From Isurus oxyrinchus (taxonomy: Eukaryota), in NCBI GenBank assembly GCA_026770705.1, contig JANJGN010000034.1, positions 11,408,001 through 11,472,000 on the forward strand: a stretch of 64,000 nucleotides of DNA, in the 5' to 3' direction. Both the position numbers and the translations under genes were made by a program. Shown here one piece after another: positions 51,395-64,000 of this stretch (positions are counted from its first letter, which is position 1; the number at the start of each line of letters is the position of its first letter). The notes beneath the pieces are model-generated. The model worked only from the letters and a program-made list of their open reading frames with translations, ran no database searches and was not told the DNA's origin.

Positions 51395-53389
51395 TTAAGT
51401 ATATGAAATTCATTATTGAACGTGGTGAATAACAAGAGAGAAATGCAACACCGCCCAGCATGCATCCTTGTCCGGTCTAATATCCCTCGCTAATTATTGG
51501 CGCACAAACATTTTAGGATAAGTCGATGTCTACATGATAAATATCCGAAATATGAGTGCATGTTAACAATTGTGTTTTAGCTTGTTACAGTCTATATCTA
51601 TTCTGGTTGTGGTTGACTTGCAGCAACACAGCACAAGTTTGAACCATCCCTGCTTAATTCAGTTTTTATTTGTAATAAAAAACTTGCAAATACCAGTCAG
51701 CATGAATAGAGAAAAGATATAATCCTGCATGATCAATCTGGATGAAGCTACTTGTGAAAAACCTTGGAAAGGGCAATGCAGAGCGTTTCCTCGAACTGTA
51801 AGCAAGATTTCAGAAAAGTGTCAGTCAGAAGCAGAAGAGTTAATTACAAGCATCGGGGCTACGGGCCCTGGGTTACCAAAAGAATTAAACAGGCTGCAAC
51901 GTTCAACAATGTACGCTGACATTTTTTGAAACATGCAAGGAAGAAAACAATTCGGCCCAAGGTGCCTTGCAGACTCATTCAACTGTCCATCCAAATTGCC
52001 TCACTCCCTTGATCCTGCTCAAGGTGACCTTAAAATGTATATTCAATTCATTTACGGAAAAATAATATTGCATTTGTTTTCATCACACTAAGACGGAACA
52101 TTCCAGACTTCTGCAATTTTCTGCAAAGAAAATGATTCTCATCTCCCCTAGCTGTTTCGCCAATTATCGTAAATCTGCATTGTCAAGTTGCCTATTCTCC
52201 AACCAGTTTCCCCTCATTCACTCTATCAAGCCCGGCATAATTTTGTAACCTCTACTTTACCTCATTCACAGGAAATCCGAAATTCTTTTGAGTGTGCACA
52301 CCCCTGAAGTTACTCATCCCATATATCATTCTGTTAAGTGCCCCCTCCTACCTCCACAAAAGATCAGCGTACTTCGCAACGTATGGTGCAGTGAAAGGAC
52401 ATATAAATGTCGAGTGTAAAGTACTGAATGTAGGAAGACAAAGATAAATGGATGAACATGCCCTGCAAAGTATGTTGGTGCAAAACCATTAGCATCGAAT
52501 TAGCGTAGTGAATGCAATTAAGTTGAATTTTCGCAGGAAGAACACGACAGTAGGTAAAAAAATCAAAGGTAAAATTCAAAAGGAGTTTCGGGAGCAGAAA
52601 GGCCTGAGGTATATGTATGCATAAGTCATTGAATATGACAGGATCAGTTGAGTGAGTGGTTAGTAAATATACCTAGGCTTTATTAATGACGGCATTGAGT
52701 TATGTTAAACTTGTATAGTACACTGGACCTGCCTCAGCTGCAGTATTGCGTCCAATTTGAACGCACTACACTTAAGGAAAGACCTGAAGGCGTTTGAGTG
52801 TGTGCAGGTAAGTTTCAAGAAATGGTTGCAGTGTTGAGAAATTTCAATTATCTTGAAAGTTTCAACAGGTTAGGACTTACAGGGAGAATAGAAGTTGAGA
52901 ACTGGTTTGATTAGAGGGAGAAAATCATGGGGCACTGAAAAGCGTAGACCGTGAAAAATGCTCATATTAGTGGAAGGATTGAGGACAAAAGAAGCATCGA
53001 AGACATGAGGAAAAACTTTGTCAAGCAGCTAGCGGTTGAGATCTGGAATGCTTGACCAGAGATTGGGCGGAGGGAGGTTCAGTCGAGCCACGTGGTAACG
53101 ACATTGGAATTGTATTTCAGAAGCCCAGGCGAACTGTATGACGTAGTGAGTTCAAATTCCACCGTGGCAGCCAGAGAAATTTTAATTCAACAAATAAATT
53201 TGTAATTGAAATCTAGGGTCAGTCATGGTGACTATGAAAGCATCATCAATTTTCTTAAAAACCCATTTGCTTCACTCATTTTTATTCGGGAAGGAAATCT
53301 GCAACCCTGCCCTCGCTAACAGGCCCACGTTTAATCGGGGTATCTGTTCTACAATGAAAGCCAGTCCAGCAAGCATCCAGTTCACTCAA

Positions 53390-55605
53390 AGATCTGTGGC
53401 GTCTGCGGGTGCGTTAAGATATACGAGTCATGAAAGCTTCCTGGGTATCTAGCACAAACATGTCGGGTCTGCCTTCTGTGATCACAAATAAGCTGGGCGT
53501 TCAGAAACTGAAATTCTTTCCAGTTGATGAATTTCACAGGCGGCTGACAGGGAACTCAGAGGGCTACATGTGTGCAGCAGATGGCGCCCTGCACTTGTGG
53601 GTAACCACATATTGATGTGAATACAACAGCTCTGGCAGCCTGGCTTTTGCAACCATCGTGGAGCTTACAGGTGAGCTCTATTGAAAAAGGTATCTGCCAA
53701 ATGTAATATTTCCCACATGACCCATTGGAGCCCTGGAATTATCTGCTGGCAAAAAAAGTGAAGCGAAGCTGTTACCTTCAAAGCCAGCTGCATGGGATGC
53801 CCTCCAACTCCTTGCAGCATCAGTTGTTCACGGAGAAGGTGGCAAAAGTGAACTACCAAGTTGCTGGACAACCGAAGGCGACTGCAGCATTGTCATCTCT
53901 ACATTCCCGTATATCTGCGGAGATTTCTGTATACCAGTGTTGGGCCACTGGTGTTCAATGAATTGTCCTCTCTTTGGGAGCACCTTGGATTCTTGGGACG
54001 CCGCTGCTTCTTGTAGCTCATGTCGCTGCACTCTCTGGGCCTGTATGAAACGCCAATGGGCCCTTCTTCTCCTCATTGCATTAGAACGATAATCAAGGCC
54101 GGTTGCCTGCATCCGGCATTCTGCACTTTCAATTGTCTCTGTCAATGAATGCATTTCAGAATTTACTGAAACTTTTCCTTCACAGGTTTCCTTCCACCTC
54201 TGGGCCAGGAGGCCAATGCAAAGACTTTGGCCTGAACTCCCTCTGGATGTGCATCCTCAGGCCCCCCCTTGAAAGTGTCGAACATACTGGGGGACCACAA
54301 GTGGCCGATCCTGCCCTTCAGACATGACTGTGCATGACTACGACCATGTGCGAGAACCCTGTCATGAAGAGGTATTAATGTCTATAGTGTCACTGGAAAA
54401 TATGTTAAAATTACAATTAGTGCAATCTGCATCTACATGTGTGCCCAAGCGTATGTCTGCGTGTGTCCTAACTTGGTTAATGCCAGCTAGTCTGAGTGAT
54501 TTGATGCATGGTAGCTCAAGATGTTAATTGGATAAATAGGTGAAAGGCAATTTTCGATTAGCATTTGTTGAATAAACCATTCAAAAGAATGGTTAAAATC
54601 TTACAACCAGATGGGAGATGCCAAGCAATGCGTTTATATTACGAATAAAATCGATGCAATGAAAGGATTATCGTTTAGAGAGGTAAAAATTAAAAACCTA
54701 GCAACACAATAAAAACTCTGCATTCAAAGCAGATGCTAGGTATATACAGAAAGAAGTTTGTATCTATAAGTCAGAGGCATTTAAGATCTAACCAGCCTGT
54801 AAACCAACAACTGTGTCTGCAAAGGAAGCAGATTGAAAGGATCCTCACATTGAATTCTTAAGATCAAATGTGCTTTGTCTGATGTCTGTTTGAAGTCTCT
54901 GCATTATTAGTGCCATGGTGAAGTTTTACCTGGAAGTGAATAATGTTGGATTTGTTTAAAAGATATTGTGCGAGTCATTTGTGGAAACGTATATGCACTT
55001 AATTTGTTGTTAACTTAATAAACGTTTAATTTAGTTTTATACAAAAAAAACCTCTTTAGGCCTGGTGGTTTTATTCCTGATTTCAGAGCTGCATTTCAAA
55101 CACACGAATTAGAAACATAGGTCATGACCGTTGTTCAAGTATCCTTATGGGATTTAAACAACTCAGCCTTTAGCAACTGCCGTGTCATAACAAATTCCCA
55201 TCAGTGAATTGTCAGCAGGCCTCCCTGAGACTGAACACTCTATGCAGAGAACATATCCTTGTCATAATGGCAACAGGATAAGCATTGTGCTTTGTAATCC
55301 AGGACCACTTAACTGGGATTAGTGAGGCTTGGAGTGTGCACGTAAACTGTGCAGAAGCCGTGGTCCTTGAATGATTCAACCGCCATCCACTTCCATATGC
55401 CTTTTGGAGGAACAGATGGCTAAACAAACCAACTCAAATGTAGCTCCAAAACTCAATGGATTCTCGAATGAATGCACACCCATTAGTCAAGGAGCAATAA
55501 TCAATGGATATTTAACCCTAAAAGCCAGGTCTCAGCTGGGTCTTGTTATCCATGGCTTGAACAAACAATTAATAGGGTTTCCCATCCCTCCGCCCAAAGG
55601 ATTAT
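53390..55605 (-). mobile_element. PIF/Harbinger remnant, copy 2, with solo LTR at 54360-55192
   Basis: Paralog of 11900-14110. Confidence 0.8.
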
Positions 55606-56799
55606 CGCTGACCTCCTCCCAGACACCTCTCATATCGAGATTTTCACATTTGTTTTTCAACTGAGTCCTTACTGAGTAAAGAAAAAGATGATTATTCTGA
55701 CGCTTGTGATTACGAACGACATCCACCAACCTCCACCTGCCAAACACCAGGTCCCTCTGTCCTCCTGCATAGCCACTGCCTCCTAATTCCACACCATCGT
55801 GTGACCAGCGTATCTTCCATTATTACCCTTCACCCCAATATAGTTCATACGGATATCCATTTTCTACTTCACCCCACAATTTCCTACAATGTTCATATCC
55901 CGACGTTCGTTGTTAGTGTGACCCCTTCCCTTCTCGAGGCAACAGACAACGTTACTTTCCGAAATCCCCACCCTCCACCATGAGACCATCCAATTACCTG
56001 CTGGAAATGCCTTACTTGAACATGGCTCTGCCCTCTGTATCCCAGTAGAATGCCCTGAAATCCCAGGACCAAATAGCTGAGATGAATAGTCACATCCTGC
56101 CCACGATTCCCAGAATGACAGCCATTGCCCATCGAAGCCTTTCCTGATGCAAGACCGGGACCAATACTTATGTCACACGTAGGGACCTTTAGCAAGGCCT
56201 GGGCACAGTGGCCACATCCCCTGGACAGTCTCTTAAACTTGTCCCCTGAACAATGTTACACCCTTCCCCAGGCAATCTCTTAAACTTGCCCCTCATGGAC
56301 GCTCATTCACCCTTTCCCTCTGGTCCACCTGCAACCCCTCTTCCCCAAGCCCTGCCACCATCATACACTTCACCCTTTGTCGGGCCCCCTATGCCCAGCC
56401 TTGGTGCAGTTTGTGCGATAGGCACCTGAAATATCTCAATAACACTGTACAAGTTAGATGAAAGAATCGCCTACTAGCCTTTCAATTGTGAACGCAGTGA
56501 GAGATCGCCATTTCCATGCTAGATATTTCCAGTCGTAAAACAGAACGACCAATTAGCCGCTTTTAGGGAACTTCGTTTGGACGGGGAACGTGATTTCAGC
56601 ATGTTGACCTTTTAGTAAGCATTCATGACATTCTAATGAATGCAGATGGGCATCCCCCACATTGCTAATCTGGAAACCCGACCTGCCTTTAAGCTGCCTG
56701 CAATGTTGGGAGAAGAAAATCCCAAATTTTTTGCCTGCTGTCGGGAAACTGTTCTTGGCCTGTGACTGAGAAGCTGTGGGATCAGTAAGGCAAGGAGAT

Positions 56800-57460
56800 G
56801 GCCCCAGGATCTAGTGATGTTGCCCAGGATCTAGTGATGTTGCCCAGGATCTAGTGATGTTGCCCTGCACTCACAATGCCGAGGTGTTGAACATGGCCAG
56901 AAGGCCATGTTTGGACAATGTGTAAGAAGTCTCCAAAAAGTGACCCTGAAGAGGGAGTGAGAGCTTGTGGCAAAGATTGTGAATGCCCAAAGCATCTCAC
57001 CTCAGACCTGGCAGTAGTGCCAATAAAGATTTAATGACCTCGCTTTGGGCAAGGTGGGCAAATGGATTAGCACACAGGGTCTGGTAATCAAAACAATTGA
57101 CACCACACATCGCTTCAGGCACCAGGTCCTGACATTCAGGGGTCATTCCTAACATCCTTACATCGACATCTCAACCAAACACACCTCCCAGCCATACCAG
57201 CTACCCACATGGTAGACACAGCCACCATATACTTCCAGAGATTCAGCTACTGCACACATCACACACACATTTAATGATGCCCTGGCCTCTCTCCTGCAGG
57301 AGAATACATTCACAACAGCTGCGAACGCCAGTGGACCAGAAGAGGACCAGTCCAACTGCAGTCCCTCAGTGCTAAGAGGGGATTTACATTCGGAGCATTG
57401 GCAGAATTGCTACTGAACCAGTGGCATTTGGCGCAGTGTATGCCATCCTAAATGATGGTT
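56800..57460 (+). mobile_element. Myb/SANT-like Harbinger gene remnant, copy 2
   Basis: Paralog of 15305-15945. Confidence 0.75.
56803..56862 (+). repeat. 20-bp tandem repeat x3 (cccaggatctagtgatgttg)
   Basis: Read directly; one more unit than copy 1. Confidence 0.95.
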
Positions 57461-60065
57461 AGTTGTTGCCTTGTGCACTTTGCCCACTAACTTCCTACTC
57501 CCACCCTGAAAGGTGACATGAAATTAAAACTTGCAAATTTAGTTACCATGGACAACACAGCCTCCTTTCTCTTATCCTTACTAAACGCCCCCAATAGTTT
57601 ACATCATCCAAAAACTGTCAGCTGCTCAGCACCTTCACAGAGAATAAGATTTGAAGAGGAAACACAGTCACAGAACCAAACGGTCGCAGCCACCAGCCCA
57701 GATATTTGCACACTTGCATAACTGAGAGGTTAGTTTCAGAATCAGAATCTGCAAGTACTAAGTCATTAGGCATGCTTGGGCTGCAGCCAGGACAGGGTAT
57801 AGGTGAGCTCCTGTGCCCTCTCATGATGCCCATGACACTTCCATTGCTCATTCATAACCCCATGACCCCTCATATCTACCAGGCTCCGCATACACTGTGC
57901 ATAACCACTCATCCAGTATCCACTATGTGCAGAGCACATGAGACAAGTGATGCCAAACGAAAAGACTTTCAAATGCACTACAAAAAAATTGCATCTCTTA
58001 CATGCACAGAAAATGTCAACCAAACGTGCATCCATTCATAATCCATAGATAAAACTTCAGTCCTAATGGCGGAAAGAAATCTCTTAAGTGGTCATTAAGT
58101 TGTGAAATTAAACAACCACCCATTCAAAAAAAATGCATTAAAGAAACTGAAACCAATGGCATGAGCATAAAACAGTCAGTTCGCTTCACAGCTGTGTCAA
58201 GAGATCCCCTGATGAGCTCAGTGGTTTCTGAAACTCAGCCAAGTATTCCTAATGGGCTCAGCTGCAAAAAACAGACTATTACAGCGGAAAAGAATTATCA
58301 CTTTTGAAGGAAAAGGAATGGATGGAGAGGTTTTCTTCTCAAAATTTCAGTTTAGACCAGGAACAAATGGACAGATTTTTATCAATCTTCAGATCACAAA
58401 AAACAGGCTCCCCCTCTCACATTTTTACATGTTTTTGAACGCATAAGTACAATTTCCGCAATGAAAATATACCCTAATGCATCTCAATACGTAACCAGTT
58501 CTGGTCAATGTAATTCTCAACTTAACTTTTAAGGGCAGATAGTTCTGATCAATCATTGTATTAAAAACATAATTAAAGCGATAGAAAAACCATGAACACA
58601 CACTTACACGGGTACACCGTCGTTAAAAGCACATATTATCTTACACCATCTAAACATGTTTGAACATATGTGTCAAAACGCTCAGGACTCCAGAGTAGTA
58701 TTTCCCCCATGATTGCGAAATCCTCTGCGGAGCCATGAACGGCATCGCCTTGGAAAGGTTGCCCTAAATGCATCAACATTGTACGGGGCTTTCAAAGGTA
58801 CACACCTCCAGCAACAACAACAACACCGCCCCCCCCCCCCCCACCCCCGCTCACCCTCGCCCCGCAATGGAATCAGAACAGTTGCGAGTACAAGGTGCAG
58901 GGTAGCTTTCCTGTGCCGGCAAAAGCTGCTGACAATGGGAATGGGGCGGGTATCTTAGAATCCGGCCCCACCCACCAATTTTATAGACCTTCTGACTCGG
59001 TATGAAGGAACAAAAAGCCAGCCCCATGTGTGTGAATCTGTGTTTAAAACCTTGCGATGAGCCCTAGTGGACAAAATAATCTGCATTGTGAAATGTTGTT
59101 CAGGGAAGCCTCAAGTTACAAGATATATTCAATAACCTGTATAAAAGGTTTGGTAAGTAATCATGGGGCCTGGTACACTATGTAACACCAGAATTGGTTG
59201 ATGCTGTCTATGGATTTGGGTAATGTTGTTTGTAGCATCGAACCCAGCCTATGTGAAACTACCGCCCTGCGGTCTGACACTACTCTCCTGTTTTACACAG
59301 TACTTTCCAAATACGGACCCACAACAAATTGGAGGTCAGTCACTCCACCTCTACTGCAATTATAGTATTAGTCGTCCATTCAGATAAAAAACGTGCCTCC
59401 ACTATATACAGGGGACCAATTTGTGAGCAGCAAATGCAGTAGACTAAATTTAAAGATGTATAAGTGAATCGCTGTCTCCCTTGGAATGCATAATTGAGTC
59501 CTTGGAAGGTAAAGAGGGGGAGATAAAGGGGCAACCGATAGGCCTTCTCTAATTCCATGCAAAGGAGTGAGATGTTGGGCGCGTTGGAAGACTGGACCAA
59601 GACGTAATGGAGGGAAATGTTCCTATGGAATGCTGACAGGAGACGTGATGGACTATTAAAGTGAAGCTTGGGATTTAGGAAGATAATTAGCATAAACGTT
59701 TCCTGCTAGTATGAAATGCTTTAAAATGCAACATGAAATAAAATGACAAATAGATTTCACCATTAATGTGTTTCCCATTCACCGATATCAAAGTGGAAGT
59801 CTTCATTTGGAAATATGCATGGAAGAAGGCTACGGAAAACAGTTCAAGGGTTAAAACAATTTGATAGTTCGATACTTCATAGCATCAAATTAACAGTTAT
59901 TTGTGAGTGCAACAAGTGCAATGTTACCCCCAATTCTATCAACAAAACTAACAAGACCAAAGAGCTGCACTTTCTTTCTATTCATACAGTTAACTATTAA
60001 ATAACTTGACCTTTGCATGGGTGAAATATAAGTTAATGAAATAGGATTCAGAAATGTGTACTTAC

Positions 60066-60325
60066 TTATTATAACTTTTTGTTTGGTTGAGGTGTTGTTC
60101 CTTTTTGTTAATCCGTTTTAGGGGCTGAGAGGTATGTGTTCCAGCGCCATTCAAAGTAATGCTAGAAATGATGAGTTGTTGCCCTTTTTGCTGCAGAGAG
60201 GCATTGTTGATACACTATTCTAATTCTGCAGGGAGGTTTGAGGCCATAGAACACGAGAAATTAATGGTTTTTCAAAAAGATAAGCGGACAAATCAGAGTC
60301 TATGGATATGTTTGGGAGATTGGGT
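60066..60325 (-). pseudogene. IgC2 (B-type) pseudo-exon, copy 2
   Basis: Same Trp-to-TAG and Cys-to-Ser changes as copy 1, plus additional indels. Confidence 0.85.
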
Positions 60326-60524
60326 CTAAGTAAAATAAGTGCGAAATATATTTTAATAACATTATGCTAAAATGAAAAGCAGCAGTGGACTATACATTTA
60401 TGGCAATCACCAACATCAGAGAAACTACGCACCCTTGTGTTTTATGCAGTCCATCATGCAAACATAAGTCAATAAGTTGTGCCATTTTCCCCGGTGCTCA
60501 CTGGTGGGATCCAATGTCAGTTTT

Positions 60525-62430
60525 TTATTATTTCGTTCATGGGAGGTTTCAATTACTGCCAGGCCAGCATTTATTGCCCATCCCTAGTTGCCCTTGATAA
60601 GGTGTTGGTGAGCTGCCTTCCTGGGACACTGCAATCCACATAGAGCACGTGTACCCACAGTGTATTTGAGAGGGTTGGGTGTGGTGGTGGGCTGGTGTTT
60701 CCAAGATTTTCTCCCAGCAGTAGTTGAATTTCCAAGTCAGGGTGGTATGTGGCTTTAGGTTGGGGGGTAGAAGGGTGGTGGCGATGGTGGACGTCCTGGT
60801 GGTTGTCTTCCCACTTGTCTGCTGCCCTTCTCCTCCGAGATAGTCGGGGTCCTGGGTTTGGGATGGGCTGTCTAAGAAGCATTGGTCAGCTCCTGCAGTG
60901 CAAGTTGCAGATGCATCGACATTGCTGCTACTATGCGTCGGAGGTGGAAGGAGTAAATGTTTGTGGATGAGCTGCCAATCAAGTAAGTTGCTTCGTCCTG
61001 GATGGTGTTGAGTTTCATGAGTGTTGTGGGAGCTGCATTCATCCAGGCAAGTGGGGAGTATTCCATCACACTCCTGACTTGTGCCTTGTAGGTGGTGTAC
61101 AGCCTTTGGGGAGTCAGCAGCTGAGTTACTCGTCACAGAATTCCCAGCCTCTTACCTGCTCTTGTCACCATGCTATTTATATGGCTAATCCAGTTCAGGT
61201 TATGGACAATGCTAATCCCGAGGTTATTGGCAGTGTGGGATTCAGTGATGGTAATGACTTTCAATGTCATGAGGCAGTGAATAGATTTTCCCTTTTTGGA
61301 GAGGTTCCTAACAATTGTGTGGCACGAATGTTACTTGCTACTTGCCAGCCCAAACCTGGATATTGTCATGGTCTTGCTGCATTTGGACATGGATTGCTTC
61401 AGCGTCCGAAGGGTCACAAATGGTACTGAATTTTGACAATCATCAGTGAACATACCTCCTTCTGACCTTATAATGGGAGGAAGATCATTTATGAAGAAAT
61501 TGACGATGGATTGGGGGAGGGGATTATCCCGATGAACCCACGCAGCGATGTCCCAGAGCTGATATGATTGATCTCCAGCAAGTAGAGCCAACTTCCTTTG
61601 TGCTAGGTATGACCCCCACCAGCTGACAGCTATCCTCCTCTTATCCATTGGTTTTACTATTGCAAAGGCTCCTTGAAGCCACATTCGGTCGAATGCAGCC
61701 TTGATGTCAAGGGCAGTCACTCACACCTCAACTCTGGAGTTCAGATCTTCTGCCGATGTTTGAACCAAGGCTGCAATTGTTCAAACCATTACAGGAACTG
61801 AGCGATTTTTGTGGATCCCAAAGTTGGCATTGGTGAGTTGGTTATTTCGAAGCAAGTGTTGCTTGATAGCACTGCTGGTGATCCCCTACATCACTTTTCT
61901 GACTGTAGGGAGAAAACTGTTAGCGCAGTAATTGGCTGGGTTGGATTTCTAATGCTTTTTGTGCAGCGAACGTACCTGGGCAAATTTCCACAATGGCGGG
62001 TAATGCCAGTGCTGTAGAAGCCAATGCTGCAGCTGTACTGGAACAGCATGGCTAGGGTCGCAGCAATTTGAGAAACATAAGTCTTCAGTTCTGTTGCCGG
62101 AATATTGTCAGGGCCCAAAGCCTTTGCAGTATCCAATGTCTTGAGCTGTTTGTTGATATCTCATGTAGTGAACGGAATTGACTGAAGACTGGCACCTGTA
62201 ATGCTGGGGAACTCCGGCGAGGCCGAGATGGATCATCTTGGCACTTATGGCTGGAGATTGTTCCAAAAGCCTCAGCCTTATCTTTTGCATTCACGTGTTG
62301 GTCTTCCCCATCATTTCGAATAGGGATTTTTGTGGAGCCTCCTCCTCCAATGAGTGGTTTAGTTGTCCACTACCATTCACAATTGGATGTGGCAGGACTG
62401 CAGAGCTTAGATCTGATCCGTTGATTATGG
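60525..62430 (-). mobile_element. CR1-clade LINE, copy 2
   Basis: Paralog of 19000-20900 (ALDIKAAFDRMW). Confidence 0.9.
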
Positions 62431-62454
62431 AATTCTTTAGCTCTGCCAAGTTAG

Positions 62455-62865
62455 CAATGATGGCACCAGAATTGAACCTGGGGAGATTGTGGTGCAGTAC
62501 CATTAACACTGTATTCGTAATTCAAAGGCCCAGCATAAGGCCCTGGGGACATGGGTTCAACTGCTACCACAATATCTAATGGACTTTAAATTAAATTAAT
62601 AAATCTGGAATATAATGCTAGTCTCAGTAATGGTGACTCACCAGGGCAACTATCAGTCATAGACAGATAATCAAGCTGGTTCACTAATGTCCTTTGGGGT
62701 AGGAAATCTGTGGTCCCTAACACTTATGGCTTCCAAACACACAGATATGTGGTTGACTCTCAACTGCCTTCTGAAGTGGCTTAGTAAGCCATTCAGTTCA
62801 AGGGCAATAAGGGATGGGCGGCAAATGCTGGCCTTGCGAGTGACACCCACATTCCATGATTTTTT
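62455..62865 (+). mobile_element. SINE, copy 2
   Basis: Paralog of 20930-21335. Confidence 0.7.
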
Positions 62866-63659
62866 TAAAAATAAATGCCAAGGTCTCCTGAATCTGATGA
62901 TTTCTAATCACGTTTGTTGAATACATATGTACATTTGGAGTTCAGGGATGGAGAGGATATGATTCCTGCTGTGAGCTGCAATTTTAAAATGTGAGATCTG
63001 TACAAACCTGCTGGGCACATACAGCAGTATGGTTGCATCAAAATGTATTGTTCTGAGAAAAAATATCTATTAAAATTTGAGTTGGACAATTATGATTCTT
63101 TCCCTCAAACCAGTCTGAAGTTCATCTTTTATCGGATTTAAAAATAAACTTACTAACTTCATTGAAAATATTCGTAATGAAACCCGAATTTTCACTGAAG
63201 CATCACACAACCGTTCAAATACTACGTACAACAAACTCGTATGCATTACATCATCTGGTGTTCCCGCTCGTAGAATTAAGATTGAGCCGTTATGTCTAAT
63301 GGCTTCTGGGATCATACCACAATAAGTTCATCACCCCCAAAAGTTAATTCATTTAAGATTAGTCTGTAAACAAAGAAGTGTATAGCCAACAAATACTGTT
63401 CAATACTATCAATTATCAATGAACATGTATTGTATGATGAGTTCTGTCTCAAAAACATCTAAGTATTTCGAGTATACTTATTTAAATAAATAATCTCTGA
63501 GGCAATATTCCTTGGCAATGAAAAAGTGTTGAGCTATTAGTTTACATGTTTCAGTAAATAATCCTTATATGCAAACAATCATTTATTTCCCTTTTCCAAT
63601 CTGAAATGTAGCAGGTATGGTGATAAGTTACAAAAATAATGATCTGTTGGAGCACCTGC

Positions 63660-63953
63660 AGCTACCATTTAGATTGTTTCGGTCACTTGTTACTCTGCAA
63701 AAGGAGTTGAATGCTTGGCACTTGAATCGTCCATCAGACCTAATCACTAGTGATATATAGTGAGAAATATAGTGAGAGTTCTATTACCACCACTTAGATC
63801 AAAGCTGCTATCCGTAATAATAGCGCGATTATCCTCAAGCCACTGATATGAAACTGCAATGCCTGATACGATGCATGTCAGATGTCAATACGGTGTCATT
63901 GTATTTGACTGTGTTGGTGACATTGGTGATAATATTAGGTTTATAAACAGGTT
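63660..63953 (-). pseudogene. IgC2 (A-type) pseudo-exon, copy 2 (keeps the second Cys: DGRFKCQAFN)
   Basis: Same frameshifting insertions as 22156-22449. Confidence 0.85.
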
Positions 63954-64000
63954 CTGTCAAAACACAGGAAAGTAGGTATCAGACCTTAAAAGTAAATTTG

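Larger units (their letters stand above)
45477..63953 (-). pseudogene. CEACAM-like receptor pseudogene, copy 2 (5' part beyond the window)
   Basis: Exons paralogous to copy 1, with the same inactivating lesions in the IgC exons. Confidence 0.85.
41470..64000 (+). repeat. Segmental/tandem duplication, copy 2 (runs off the window end)
   Basis: Same order of exons, transposon fragments and N-run as 1-22496. Confidence 0.98.

Noticed and set aside
56803-56862. CRISPR-like repeat
   Set aside because: Contiguous tandem units with no spacers; eukaryotic context.

Overview
Repeat-rich eukaryotic DNA; the repeat content suggests a cartilaginous fish (inference). The window is dominated by a ~41.5 kb-period direct duplication: 1-22496 recurs at 41470-64000, about 95% identical by eye. 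Each copy carries a minus-strand, spliced CEACAM-like Ig-superfamily receptor locus. The transmembrane exon and three cytoplasmic exons are intact and encode a YENI motif plus a complete ITAM split over two exons (DSTYM|GLQVHDRSVYSDL). The extracellular Ig exons carry stops and frameshifts that both copies share, so an already-damaged gene was duplicated. Between the copies are a leader exon beginning with TTG, a degenerate IgV exon and three tandem Cys-less IgV (N-domain-like) pseudo-exons. The remainder is transposon debris: CR1-clade and L2 LINEs, tRNA-derived SINEs, PIF/Harbinger transposase and Myb/SANT remnants, a Penelope-like element with an inverted pLTR, solo LTRs, a rearranged Gypsy integrase fragment, and a decayed LTR element with a possible env-like region. 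No ORF in the supplied track is a complete gene. All comparisons were made by eye, without database searches.
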